The notes: a model not told the origin generated them from the sequence alone. A stretch of DNA of 64,000 bases from Eledone cirrhosa (GCA_964016885.1 OZ024747.1:54808001-54872000); one strand, 5' to 3'. Shown: positions 1 through 13,494, numbered from the stretch's first letter. A program made the numbers and translations.

Positions 1-3000
1 TGATACTGTACTGTATCTGTGATGGACTGTGGTTGCTACAGATGTGTACCTCACTTGTCATCCTTCCGGAGTTGATACTGTACTGTATCTGTGATGGACT
101 GTGGTTGCTACAGATGTGTACCTCACTTGTCATCCTTCCGGAGTTGATACTGTACTGTACCTGTGATGGACTGTGGTTGCTACAGATGTGAACCTCGCTT
201 GTCACCCTTCCGGAGTTGATACTGTACTGTATCTGTGATGGACTGTGGTTGCTACAGATGTGTACCTCGCTTGTCTTCCTTCCGGAGTTGATACTGTACT
301 GTATCTGTGATGGACTGTGGTTGCTACAGATGTGAACCTCGCTTGTCACCCTTCCGGAGTTGATACTGTACTGTATCTGTGATGGACTCTGGTTGCTACA
401 GATGTGAACCTCGCTTGTCATCCTTCCGGAGTTGATACTGTACTGTATCTGTGATGGACTGTGGCTGCTACAGATGTGTACCTCGCTTGTCTTCCTTCCG
501 GAGTTGATACTGTACTGTATCTGTGATGGACTGTGGTTGCTACAGATGTGAACCTCGCTTGTCACCCTTCCGGAGTTGATACTGTACTGTATCTGTGATG
601 GACTCTGGTTGCTACAGATGTGAACCTCGCTTGTCATCCTTCCGGAGTTGATACTGTACTGTATCTGTGATGGACTCTGGTTGCTACAGATGTGAACCTC
701 GCTTGTCATCTTCCGGAGTTGATACTGTACTGTATCTGTGATGGACTGTGGTTGCTACAGATGTGTACCTCGCTTGTCATCTTCCGGAGTTGATACTGTA
801 CTGTATCTGTGATGGACTGTGGTTGCTACAGATGTGTACCTCGCTTGTCTTCCTTCCGGAGTTGATACTGTACTGTATCTGTGATGGACTGTGGTTGCTA
901 CAGATGTGTACCTCGCTTGTCTTCCTTCCGGAGTTGATACTGTACTGTATCTGTGATGGACTGTGGTTGCTACAGATGTGAACTTCACTTGTCAACCTTC
1001 TGGAGTTGATACTGTACTGTATCTGTGATGGACTGTGGTTGCTACAGATGTGAACCTCGCTTTCTCATCCTTCCGGAGTTGATACTGTACTGTATCTGTG
1101 ATGGACTGTGGTTGCTACAGATGTGTACCTCACTTGTCACCCTTCCGGAGTTGATACTGTACTGTATCTGTGATGGACTGTGGTTGCTACAGATGTGAAC
1201 TTCACTTGTCAACCTTCTGGAGTTGATACTGTACTGTATCTGTGATGGACTGTGGTTGCTACGGATGTGTACCTCGCTTGTCTTCTTCCGGAGTTGATAC
1301 TGTACTGTATCTGTGATGGACTGTGGTTACTACAGACGTGTACCTCGCTTGTCACCCTTCCGGAGTTGATACTGTACTGTATGTGTGATGGACTGTGGTT
1401 GCTACAGATGTGTACCTCGCTTGTCACCCTTCCGGAGTTGATACTGTACTGTATCTGTGATGGACTGTGGTTGCTACAGATGTGTACCTCGCTTGTCATC
1501 CTTCCGGAGTTGATACTGTACTGTATCTGTGATGGACTGTGGTTGCTACAGATGTGTACCTCGCTTGTCTTCCTTCCGGAGTTGATACTGTACTGTATCT
1601 GTGATGGACTGTGGTTGCTACAGATGTGTACCTCGCTTGTCAACCTTCCGGAGTTGATACTGTACTGTATCTGTGATGGACTGTGGTTGCTACAGATGTG
1701 TACCTCACTTGTCTTCCTTCCGGAGTTGATACTGTACTGTATCTGTGATGGACTGTGGTTGCTACAGATGTGTACCTCGCTTGTCATCCTTCCGGAGTTG
1801 ATACTGTACTGTATCTGTGATGGACTGTGGTTGCTACAGATGTGTACCTCGCTTGTCTTCCTTCCGGAGTTGATACTGTACTGTATCTGTGATGGACTGT
1901 GGTTGCTACAGATGTGAACCTCGCTTGTCACCCTTCCGGAGTTGATACTGTACTGTATCTGTGATGGACTGTGGTTGCTACAGATGTGTACCTCACTTGT
2001 CACCCTTCCGGAGTTGATACTGTACTGTATCTGTGATGGACTGTGGTTGCTACAGATGTGAACCTCGCTTGTCACCCTTCCGGAGTTGATACTGTACTGT
2101 ATCTGTGATGGACTGTGGTTGCTACAGATGTGAACCTCGCTTGTCACCCTTCCGGAGTTGATACTGTACTGTATCTGTGATGGACTGTGGTTGCTACAGA
2201 TGTGAACCTCGCTTGTCACCCTTCCGGAGTTGATACTGTACTGTATCTGTGATGGACTGTGGTTGCTACAGATGTGTACCTCACTTGTCACCCTTCCGGA
2301 GTTGATACTGTACTGTATCTGTGATGGACTGTGGTTGCTACAGATGTGTACCTCGCTTGTCTTCCTTCCGGAGTTGATACTGTACTGTATCTGTGATGGA
2401 CTGTGGTTGCTACAGATGTGTACCTCGCTTGTCTTCCTTCCGGAGTTGATACTGTACTGTATCTGTGATGGACTGTGGTTGCTACAGACGTGAACCTCGC
2501 TTGTCATCCTTCCGGAGTTGATACTGTACTGTATCTGTGATGGACTGTGGTTGCTACAGATGTGTACCTCGCTTGTCTTCCTTCCGGAGTTGATACTGTA
2601 CTGTATCTGTGATGGACTGTGGTTGCTACAGATGTGTACCTCACTTGTCACCCTTCCGGAGTTGATATTGTACTGTATCTGTGATGGACTGTGGTTGCTA
2701 CAGATGTGTACCTCGCTTGTCTTCCTTCCGGAGTTGATACTGTACTGTATCTGTTTATGGACTGTGGTTGCTACAGATGTGTACCTCGCTTGTCATCTTC
2801 CGGAGTTGATACTGTACTGTATCTGTGATGGACTGTGGTTGCTACAGATGTGTACCTCGCTTGTCATCTTCCGGAGTTGATACTGTACTGTATCTGTGAT
2901 GGACTGTGGTTGCTACAGATGTGTACCTCACTTGTCACCCTTCCGGAGTTGATACTGTACTGTATCTGTGATGGACTGTGGTTGCTACAGACGTGAACCT

Positions 3001-6000
3001 CGCTTGTCTTCCTTCCGGAGTTGATACTGTACTGTATCCTTGATGGACTGTGGTTGCTACAGATGTGAACCTCACTTGTCATCCTTCCGGAGTTGATACT
3101 GTACTGTATCTGTGATGGACTGTGGTTGCTACAGACGTGAACCTCGCTTGTCTTCCTTCCGGAGTTGATAATGTACTGTATCTGTGATGGACTGTGGTTG
3201 CTACAGATGTGTACCTCGCTTGTCTTCCTTCCGGAGTTGATACTGTACTGTATCTGTGATGGACTGTGGTTGCTACAGACGTGAACCTCGCTTGTCTTCC
3301 TTCCGGAGTTGATACTGTACTGTATCCTTGATGGACTGTGGTTGCTACAAATGTGAACCTCACTTGTCATCCTTCCGGAGTTGATACTGTACTGTATCTG
3401 TGATGGACTGTGGTTGCTACAGACGTGAACCTCGCTTGTCTTCCTTCCGGAGTTGATACTGTACTGTATCTGTGATGGACTGTGGTTGCTACAGATGTGT
3501 ACCTCGCTTGTCTTCCTTCCGGAGTTGATACTGTACTGTATCTGTGATGGACTGTGGTTGCTACAGATGTGAACCTCGCTTGTCATCCTTCCGGAGTTGA
3601 TACTGTACTGTATCTGTGATGGAATGTGGTTGCTACAGATGTGTACCTCGCTTGTCTTCTTCCGGAGTTGATACTGTACTGTATCTGTGATGGAATGTGG
3701 TTGCTACAGATGTGTACCTCGCTTGTCTTCTTCCGGAGTTGATACTGTACTGTATCTGTGATGGACTGTGGTTGCTACAGATGTGTTCCTCACTTGTCAC
3801 CCTTCCGGAGTTGATACTGTACTGTATCTGTGATGGACTGTGGTTGCTACAGATGTGTACCTCGCTTGTCACCCTTCCGGAGTTGATACTGTACTGTATC
3901 TGTGATGGACTGTGGTTGCTACAGATGTGTACCTCGCTTGTCTTCCTTCCGGAGTTGATACTGTACTGTATCTGTGATGGACTGTGGTTGCTACAGATGT
4001 GTACCTCGCTTGTCTTCCTTCCGGAGTTGATACTGTACTGTATCTGTGATGGACTGTGGTTGCTACAGATGTGTACCTCGCTTGTCTTCCTTCCGGAGTT
4101 GATACTGTACTGTATCTGTGATGGACTGTGGTTGCTACAGATGTGTACCTCGCTTGTCACCCTTCCGGAGTTGATACTGTACTGTATCTGTGATGGACTG
4201 TGGTTGCTACAGATGTGTACCTCGCTTGTATTCCTTCCGGAGTTGATACTGTACTGTATCTGTGATGGACTGTGGTTGCTACAGATGTGTACCTCACTTG
4301 TCACCCTTCCGGAGTTGATACTGTACTGTATCTGTGATGGACTGTGGTTGCTACAGATGTGTACCTCGCTTGTCTTCCTTCCGGAGTTGATACTGTACTC
4401 TATCTGTGATGGACTGTGGTTGCTACAGATGTGTACCTCGCTTGTCATCCTTCCGGAGTTGATACTGTACTCTATCTGTGATGGACTGTGGTTGCTACAG
4501 ATGTGTACCTCGCTTGTCTTCCTTCCGGAGTTGATACTGTACTCTATCTGTGATGGACTGTGGTTGCTACAGATGTGCACCTCGCTTGTCTTCCTTCCGG
4601 AGTTGATACTGTACTGTATCTGTGATGGACTGTGGTTGCTACAGATGTGTACCTCGCTTGTCATCTTCCGGAGTTGATACTGTACTGTATCTGTGATGGA
4701 CTGTGGTTGCTACAGATGTGAACCTCGCTTGTCATCCTTCCGGAGTTGATACTGTACTGTATCTGTGATGGACTGTGGTTGCTACAGATGTGAACCTCGC
4801 TTGTCATCATTCCGGAGTTGATACTGTACTGTATCTGTGATGGACTGTGGCTGCTACAGATGTGTACCTCGCTTGTCACCCTTCCGGAGTTGATACTGTA
4901 CTGTATCTGTGATGGACTCTGGTTGCTACAGATGTGTACCTCGCTTGTCACCCTTCCGGAGTTGATACTGTACTGTACCTGTGATGGACTGTGGTTGCTA
5001 CAGATGTGTACCTCGCTTGTCTTCCTTCCGGAGTTGATACTGTACTGTATCTGTGATGGACTGTGGTTGCTACAGATGTGTACCTCGCTTGTCTTCTTCC
5101 GGAGTTGATACTGTACTGTATCTGTGATGGACTGTGGTTGCTACAGATGTGTACCTCGCTTGTCTTCCTTCCGGAGTTGATACTGTACTGTATCTGTGAT
5201 GGAATGTGGTTGCTACATATGTGTACCTCGCTTGTCTTCTTCCGGAGTTGATACTGTACTGTATCTGTGATGGACTGTGGTTGCTACAGATGTGTACCTC
5301 ACTTGTCACCCTTCCGGAGTTGATACTGTACTGTATCTGTGATGGACTGTGGTTGCTACAGATGTGTACCTCACTTGTCACCCTTCCGGAGTTGATACTG
5401 TACTGTACCTGTGATGGACTGTGGTTGCTACAGATGTGTACCTCGCTTGTCTTCCTTCCGGAGTTGATACTGTACTGTATCTGTGATGGACTGTGGTTGC
5501 TACAGATGTGTACCTCGCTTGTCTTCCTTCCGGAGTTGATACTGTACTGTATCTGTGATGGACTGTGGTTGCTACAGATGTGTACCACGCTTGTCTTCCT
5601 TCCGGAGTTGATACTGTACTGTATCTGTGATGGTCTGTGGTTGCTACAGACGTGAACCTCGCTTGTCATCCTTCCGGAGTTGATACTGTACTGTATCTGT
5701 GATGGACTGTGGTTGCTACAGATGTGAACCTCGCTTGTCACCCTTCCGGAGTTGATACTGTACTGTATCTGTGATGGACTGTGGTTGCTACAGATGTGTA
5801 CCTCACTTGTCACCCTTCCGGAGTTGATACTGTACTGTACCTGTGATGGACTGTGGTTGCTACAGATGTGTACCTCGCTTGTCTTCCTTCCGGAGTTGAT
5901 ACTGTACTGTATCTGTGATGGACTGTGGTTGCTACAGATGTGTACCTCACTTGTCACCCTTCCGGAGTTGATACTGTACTGTATCTGTGATGGACTGTGG

Positions 6001-6972
6001 TTGCTACAGATGTGTACCTCGCTTGTCTTCCTTCCGGAGTTGATACTGTACTGTATCTGTGATGGACTGTGGTTGCTACAGATGTGTACCTCGCTTGTCT
6101 TCCTTCCGGAGTTGATACTGTACTGTATCTGTGATGGACTGTGGTTGCTCCAGACGTGAACCTCGCTTGTCATCCTTCCGGAGTTGATACTGTACTGTAT
6201 CTGTGATGGACTGTGGTTGCTACAGATGTGTACCTCGCTTGTCTTCCTTCCGGAGTTGATACTGTACTGTATCTGTGATGGACTGTGGTTGCTACAGATG
6301 TGTACCTCACTTGTCACCCTTCCGGAGTTGATACTGTACTGTATCTGTGATGGACTGTGGTTGCTACAGATGTGTACCTCGCTTGTCATCTTCCGGAGTT
6401 GATACTGTACTGTATCTGTGATGGACTGTGGTTGCTACAGATGTGTACCTCGCTTGTCATCTTCCGGAGTTGATACTGTACTGTATCTGTGATGGACTGT
6501 GGTTGCTACAGATGTGTACCTCACTTGTCACCCTTCCGGAGTTGATACTGTACTGTATCTGTGATGGACTGTGGTTGCTACAGACGTGAACCTCACTTGT
6601 CTTCCTTCCGGAGTTGATACTGTACTGTATCTGTGATGGACTGTGGTTGCTACAGATGTGAACCTCACTTGTCATCCTTCCGGAGTTGATACTGTACTGT
6701 ATCTGTGATGGACTGTGGTTGCTACAGACGTGAACCTCGCTTGTCTTCCTTCCGGAGTTGATACTGTACTGTATCTGTGATGGACTGTGGTTGCTACAGA
6801 TGTGTACCTCACTTGTCATCCTTCCGGAGTTGATACTGTACTGTACCTGTGATGGACTGTGGTTGCTACAGATGTGAACCTCGCTTGTCAACCTTCCGGA
6901 GTTGATACTGTACTGTATCTGTGATGGACTGTAGTTGTTACAGATGTGAACCTCGCTTTTCATCCTTCCGGA
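1..6972. repeat. 72-bp tandem satellite, about 97 units, truncated by the window start
   Basis: Unit TGATACTGTACTGTATCTGTGATGGACTGTGGTTGCTACAGATGTG(T/A)ACCTC(G/A)CTTGTC(NN)CCTTCCGGAGT recurs at 1, 73, 145 and onward. Some units are 71 bp. Variation is mostly confined to a few positions. Confidence 0.98.
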
Positions 6973-7129
6973 TTGGATACAAGTGAAACATTATGGTTGA
7001 TTTATTCAATTGTGCCCTTCCTCTAAATATCTGCTGGCCTTGATCTTAAATTAAAATTTTATATAATGAAAGTAATCTGTGAGATACATAACTAAATATT
7101 TGATATGAGAGACCACGAAGAGAAGATAT

Positions 7130-7610
7130 GAAAGTCAACACACACTCTGTTTTGGCATTCTGAAAAGAAAGTCTCGATTGAAGTGTTACAAGACATATGA
7201 AGCATGGCAGATAAAAACATAGTTATATGTTTCCCTTGCAAACAAATGTTGAAGCATTTGTTGATATAAAGATGTCTTGGGTTTTCTTGTATAATTATAA
7301 TACATTTGTTCTCGCGTGATCTTATGTGTGTAATTTGATTACACCGTTGTTTTATAGAAGGAGAAGCAGTTCCATAACCCTTGGTTCGATTTATTGCCAA
7401 AATGGACTCAGCAAAATACAACCAGAAATACCAGGTCGTTATTAAACCCTGGGATTCCACGATGAGATTAAAACCCTTAAAGAAAAGAACTGGAAAAATA
7501 ACGCAAAGCATCTCACTCGTGTACTAATGATTCTGGAAGTACATGAAGCTGAGCTGCTCTTTATTTGCCAGCCCCTGGAAAAATTAACCTTATTTGAACA
7601 CAAAATTCAA
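7130..7610 (+). pseudogene. Possible highly decayed Tc1/mariner transposase remnant
   Basis: Fragment LVRFIAKMDSAKY (7381-7419) resembles Tc1 LVRIxGxMDxxKY. Weak DNDPKH-like and WPxxSPDLNPIE-like traces follow. Many stops and frameshifts. Confidence 0.3.
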
Positions 7611-8169
7611 GAAGCCAGAACAAATAGAGTAAAAAAATGTCATTACTAGTTTAATGAGTCAGTTTTTGTTATGCCTGTATGTATATTATTGGCTGTATGT
7701 CTTGACGTTCACTCTCTCCTTTCTTTCTCTTTCTCTCTCTTTATATATATGTATATATATGTGTGTATATATATTTGTATGCATATATATATACATATAT
7801 GTCTTTGTGTGTGTGAGTTTATGTGTATATGAATATCTAAAAAAAACAGTGTACATGTTTTACATTTGAAACATAAAATGTTACTTTAAAATTGACAATA
7901 ATAAATGTCCACAATTTTCAACGATGAGTTTGTAAATGTAATTTTCAAAGATGACGAAAAAATGGCGACATTAATAGTGAATAATAATGTGATCACTCTA
8001 CATAAATTTGTTCGTAGAAAAAAATATATTAAAAACAACATCCTGTCGGTAATGTTGTAGTTTAGTGCCAAGTCAGCTCTGATTAACTATAACTATACAA
8101 ATAGTGATCTTCACGTATATTTCCAAACAGAGTGTATCTTGGATTACATTATCTATTGTATCGCAAGAG

Positions 8170-8455
8170 AACGTGGATTAGTGGTTCCGCCTGTCAGCTC
8201 ACTATCCCAAGTTTCCCAGTGGCACGCGCATTGCGTCCTTGACCAAGTCACGTTATATTTGGTTACTCGAGGCCCATCAGCTGAAGAAAATGAGTTGTTC
8301 TTCTAATTCAAAATATTAGCCTTAGACTAAACTGTGTTACGCCGAATCTCCCTCAGAATAAGGTCGAGAATACAGCTTAACCTCTCTAGCAGAAAATTTC
8401 ATTGGCTACACACCTGGGATACTCGTTGTCGTAACTGAATGAGGTCTAACAACTA
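8170..8455 (+). mobile_element. Degenerate long tRNA-derived SINE (second family)
   Basis: TTGCGTCCTTGACCAAGTCAC...GAATCTCCCTCAGAA...CTCGTTGTCGTAAC. Related reverse-strand remnants lie near 53000-53260 and 54790-55000. Confidence 0.5.
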
Positions 8456-8757
8456 AGAATATGTGTGTTTGTGTATTTGCGTGATTAATATCGACGATCG
8501 CTTTAACTTTAACGAAAATGAATTGTGTTTAAAACAAAGCCAACCACATCATCTAACAAACGTAAACTATACATCTACATTCGGCAACATTCACTTGACT
8601 TGGATTGCTGAAATAAGGGTTAAACCACACATTCTCTTCTAAATATTGTCGCACCACTCTTGGCATAGCAACTCCTGACTTGCATCAATTATGGTTATCC
8701 CGGACGTCATCAGACTGTAGCGGTCTTATTGCATAGTTTCAATATAATAATTTCAAG

Positions 8758-8815
<58 letters not shown>

Positions 8816-8849
8816 TGTATGTATGCATACACCTATATATATATATATA

Positions 8850-9020
8850 TACATTATGAAGAGAGAAGAAACATTAGATATAATTAATAATAAGATATAT
8901 CATATCATGTTTTTGCATAATATGCCACGAAACTACGTAGTCGGGGACTAAAGTAACAGTTTGGGTATGATATATCTTATTATTAATTATATCTAATGTT
9001 TCTTCTCTCTTTATAATGTA
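8850..9020. mobile_element. Foldback element beside (TA)n, with a 3' half HHR motif in the loop
   Basis: ~55-bp inverted arms 8850-8905 and 8966-9020. The spacer contains GAAAC-TACGTA-GTC (8929-8942). Confidence 0.7.
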
Positions 9021-9211
9021 TTATATAGCTCTGATACTGAATCAATCTAATCCGTTCGGATTAGTTTATCCCAGTTATTCATAAAGCAACAGCGGTTGAG
9101 GTTGGTACCACTAACTCAAGGATATATGTGTATATATTCATCTATATGTATGCGTCCGCATGTATCTGTGTGTTTCTCTATATATTGTATATATATATAT
9201 ATATATATAGG

Positions 9212-9307
9212 TAAGTTATTCTGGGTTGAATCGGAGTTAACCACAGTAAGTAAGGTACTCAATACATAGCAGAGTATAAACGTTTTAATATAGATGAGAT
9301 TCTACAG
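9212..9307 (-). mobile_element. Truncated copy of the 60586-60780 HHR element family
   Basis: Near-identical to 60586-60679 (GGGTTGAATCGGAG..CCACAGTAAGTAAGGTACTCAATACATAGCAGAG..GATGAGATTCTACAG). Flanked by (TA)n. Confidence 0.8.
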
Positions 9308-10280
9308 TATATCTATAGTATATATATATATATATATAACTGTCTGTGTCGGTGACCGTTTATGTTGGTACCTTCTCTGTACATACATTTAGATTTAGAT
9401 TTATATTAACATTTATATTTATATTTACATACACATTATTTTTAATTGACAAATCTTCAAAGATACCAAGACCGCAGTGAACCATGTATTAGACTATTTG
9501 ATTTTTCATCGAGAAACAAATATCAGGCGAGACTATTATATAAAATCACATTTATAAATGTAATAACTATTCATATTTACTATGCCTTCTATCTGTTTGT
9601 CTGTATATGTGATGGGTGTTTGTGATGTTAATAATTTGTATTATATTGCATGCACCAAAGTTTTATTCTCTGAAGTATAGATGTATTTATCAAACTTTAC
9701 AGTCTGTTAGTAATCGTAATATTTTGTCATAGGTTGTCTGAATCGGTAGAGCGTCAAATACAATTCCTTCCTGAGTTTAAATCCTGAGGATATTGAACAT
9801 CTCTCATACATCGCTAGACAAAACTATGAGTACCTGTTATGTACTGGGTTCCTACTAATTCCCTTCACCTACATTCCTGTAATGTTACCTATCTTGAAGA
9901 TTATCCATTAATATGTTGTGATAATCGGTGAACTTTGGACAAATTGACATCATATATATTATTTCTTTAAAATCAAAGCTTCCTTTAATTTTTACAGATT
10001 CGTACAGGAATAAGCGGTGAGTGGGGTGATAGTGGAACCCATTACTCCCGATGTAGTTCATAGAGGACCGTTGTAATTTGGGCATTTAAACATGAATGCG
10101 ACCATCCATCTCCAGTTTAAGGAATGTTCGAAATAGCGACAAGAGACGAATTGGGACGACAACCGGATTGCTCTTTCACGTATCAAACTAGAATTTGAAT
10201 TCATTTGAATTTACAGAACTGTAAAGGATTTGTTAATTCATTATATCATGAGTAAACGATCTACAAATTTGCCACTAACT

Positions 10281-10416
<136 letters not shown>

Positions 10417-10431
10417 TATATATATATAATT

Positions 10432-10746
10432 AATACAATAACAGAGATAGTTTAAAGCTAAACTCTGACTGCTAACCATCTCACTCAACAAACATTAGGT
10501 TATATTTAAATATAAACCCAATTTAAGTGTTTGGGGTGCCAACAATATGTATAATGTGGAAAAACCAGTTGTATTATTTTATGAGATATAATTAAAGTTG
10601 AAGTATATCTCTTTTTCCAAAGAATTGTTTCATTATAAGTCTTCTACAAGTTGGGAGAATATTTCCAGTTTATGTAGAAGCCTAATATATATTCATGTAA
10701 GAATATATTTAGGTGGGCACTTATAAATCATCAGTGGAAGCCCATT
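10432..10746 (-). mobile_element. (TA)n-adjacent element with extended-stem-II HHR, copy B (stem III mutated)
   Basis: Homologous to 15415-15730. Minus strand reads TTCCA-CTGATGA-TTTATAAGT...ACTTATAAT-GAAAC-AATT-CTT-TGGAA at 10739-10615. Confidence 0.75.
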
Positions 10747-11213
10747 AAACTTTGATATAAGAAAGAAAATATTCTTACCGCAGTCAAAAATCGTGTCTGT
10801 TAAGTTGCTCCTTCTCGCCTCGAATGACCGCCAAATTTGAAATTCCAGCAGTTTTTGACTGAGGAAGTATCATAGCGACACGAAGCGGGAAGGGGAGACA
10901 ACTACGATTCACGAAAGGAATAAAAAAATAATATACACGCGGGTTAATTAGTTTTTTCGAAAACATTATCAATCCAACGTGTTAAGAACTCAATTGAAAA
11001 TAAAAAAAATAAATATATGCGTGTATAAATTACACACGCATATATATATTTTCTTAGGCTAAAATCAGAAGTTGTACCCGAATAAGAACCGCATCTCATA
11101 ACCGCAGTAAATACAGAAAGTCATGCTTTAAAGGGCAAATGGGAATGTAAATCTCCGGCCGAATTAAGAGTAAAATATATATTTATATATATATTTATTT
11201 ATATATATATATA

Positions 11214-11420
11214 TAGAAGTAGTTACACTACAGTTAGTTCACCATACCGAGACCAATTGTTTCACCTTAGCGGATCCTCATTACGAGCTGAGGATCCGCT
11301 AAGGTGAAACAATTGTTCTCGGTATGGTGAACTAACTGTTGTGTAACTACTTCTACCTAACTCGTCCCATGGTCTGAGTGCTCTACCGCTACGGATATTA
11401 CCTTCCAGTGTTCTACCGCT
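11214..11420 (+). mobile_element. Hairpin element in (TA)n with a minimal type I HHR
   Basis: Inverted arms 11214-11280 and 11289-11355, then a unique tail to 11420 and (TA)n. Confidence 0.85.
11284..11321 (+). ncRNA. Minimal type I hammerhead ribozyme
   Basis: CGAG-CTGAGGA-TCCGCTAAGGT-GAAAC-AATT-GTT-CTCG. Stem I is CGAG/CTCG and loop III is palindromic AATT, as in Penelope-like element HHRs. Confidence 0.8.
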
Positions 11421-11529
11421 ATATATATATATATATACACACACATATGTCTTATATTCCTATTTCGTTTCTTTAGAACATATCATCGATAAGATGTACT
11501 GAGAGGGTGGGATAAGGAGGAGGAAGTGG

Positions 11530-11666
11530 GAGAAGAAGAAGAAGAAGAAGAAGAAGAAGAAGAAGAAGAAGAAGAAGAAGAAGAAGAAGAAGAAGAAGAA
11601 GAAGAAGAAGAAGAAGAAGAAGAAGAAGAAGAAGAAGAAGAAGAAGAAGAAGAAGAAGAAGAAGAA
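11530..11666. repeat. (GAA)n microsatellite
   Basis: Pure GAA run. It produces the poly-E, poly-S and poly-L ORFs. Confidence 0.98.
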
Positions 11667-11752
11667 CGTGGGACATTTTTAAACGAAGAATCAATTTTAT
11701 GTACATATAATTTTATACAATAATTATAAACCAACAATCAGTCAAATACTCT

Positions 11753-11868
11753 CAGTTCAAATCCCGCCGAGATTAACCTTGCCTTTCATCCTTATGAGGT
11801 CGATAAAATAAAGTCCCAGTAATGCACAGGGTAATTGTTGGCCTTGTGCCAAAAGTACAAACAATTAT
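11753..11868 (+). mobile_element. 5'-truncated tRNA-derived SINE (major family)
   Basis: AGTTCAAATCCCGCCGAG..GCCTTTCATCCTTATGAGGTCGATAAAATAAAG..GGCCTTGTGCC. Confidence 0.85.
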
Positions 11869-12229
11869 AAACCAACTATAAACATACCTGCACAGAAATA
11901 CAAACAAGCAAAAATATAAAATAAAAAAACAAGCATAAAACAACAAACAACACTAAAAATTGTACGAAGTTGATGGAATTTAACATAATCAATTTAACAT
12001 AATCAAATGAAGGAGAAAATAAGGAAAGGATATTTCAGAAGAGTATATCTGATCCTGGAAACTGAACTAAATTCTAAAAAAAAAACGTTTTAGGCTATAA
12101 ACACCTTAGCGTTAGAAGTGGTACCCTGCAGTTATAACATCATCAAATGGAACTCATTTGATCTTCAAAGAATGGAGTTCCAAACTGGAAAACTCCTTAA
12201 ATCCAACAAGATACATCATCCTAAGGCAG

Positions 12230-12830
12230 ACGTAGGTCGCCTACATTTTCCAAGACAATGTGATCAGAGAACTGACAGAAAGTATAGATGATGCAATGAA
12301 TATGTTGAGACCATTGAACATTTGATTTCGAGCTGCAAAGTATCAGTTCCCGGGGAATATAAAACAAGACATTTACACTGGGTAATATGTAGGTTTTATG
12401 TTATAGTAACAGAAGTAATATGGTACATCCCTCACCCAAATGCAGTAATAGAAGACGAGAATGTGACAATCCTGAGTATACTTACACAAAGATCAAGGCT
12501 AACAGATCTGATATAATTGTGAAGAAATATAAAGAGAAAACATGCTTCTTCCTTGACATGAGCATTCCAACCTAACGTAACCTCTCATCGAAAGTATTTG
12601 AAAGCTCAGTAAATATAAAGCTCTGATACTGGAATTTGGGAAAATCGGGCATCTTAAAGCATGTACAATACTAGAGTTAGTCACTGCACATGGTAGTATA
12701 AAAAAGCAACTGAAAAATACTATTTTGACCAGACACCTGCTAAGCCAGGTATCTGAATCTCTGCAAGAGATATAGATCATAGCGCTGACTGGCACTATAC
12801 ATGCCTTGAGAAGGGCATTATCAATTTAAA
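12230..12830 (+). pseudogene. 3' fragment of an R4/Dong-like non-LTR retrotransposon (CCHC knuckle + restriction-like endonuclease)
   Basis: Translates YR*CNEYVETIEHLISSC..EYKTRH..LHWVIC..ANRSDIIV..FLDMSIP..IALTGTIHALRRALSI*, with stops and frameshifts. Confidence 0.8.
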
Positions 12831-13024
12831 TACCCTACAAAGAAATGTTCTGTTTTTTATACCTTTATTGTATCATTTGTTAGCAAATTGATTTTAAAAT
12901 ATCTGTATGATAATATTTTCCATCAGGTGACAAGTTGACGCTCGGCATAATATGGGAAAGAAGAAGAATTCAAAGAAAGTTTCAAATAATAAAAACAAGG
13001 ATAACAAAAACAATAAAAATAATA

Positions 13025-13424
13025 ATAATTGTTTCTACTTTTAGCAAAAGGCCAGCAAACACCCAGTACATTACTGGTACTTTATTTTATCGACCCCATA
13101 AGAATGAAAGGCAAAGTTAACCTCGACGAGATTTGAACTCAGACCGAAAAGGGACGTAACTATGCTAGAAAGCATGGCGTCCAGCCCTCTACCGATACTG
13201 CCAATTCACTGCCATAATAATGGTTTCTGATATAGGCACAAGGCCAGCAATTTTGGGAGAGAGGAACGTCGACTACATAGGCCCCAGTGCGTGACTGGTA
13301 CTTTATGTTATCGACCCCGTAAGGAATAAAAGTAAAGGTAACCGCGGTGGGATTTGAACTCAGATCGTAAAGGGACGTAACTCTATACCGCAAAGCATGT
13401 TGTCCGGCGCTCTACCGATTCTGC

Positions 13425-13425
<1 letters not shown>
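13025..13425 (-). mobile_element. Two tandem tRNA-derived SINE copies (13025-13213 and 13215-13425)
   Basis: Both are reverse complements of the SINE consensus. B-box GATTTGAACTC and ATCGACCCC are present in both. Confidence 0.9.

Positions 13426-13494
<69 letters not shown>

Noticed and set aside
1-6972. CRISPR array or repeat-protein gene (Cys/His-rich ORFs up to 480 aa)
   Set aside because: There are no unique spacers and no cas genes. The ORFs arise on both strands from a 72-bp unit, are broken by 71-bp units, and lack C2H2 spacing.
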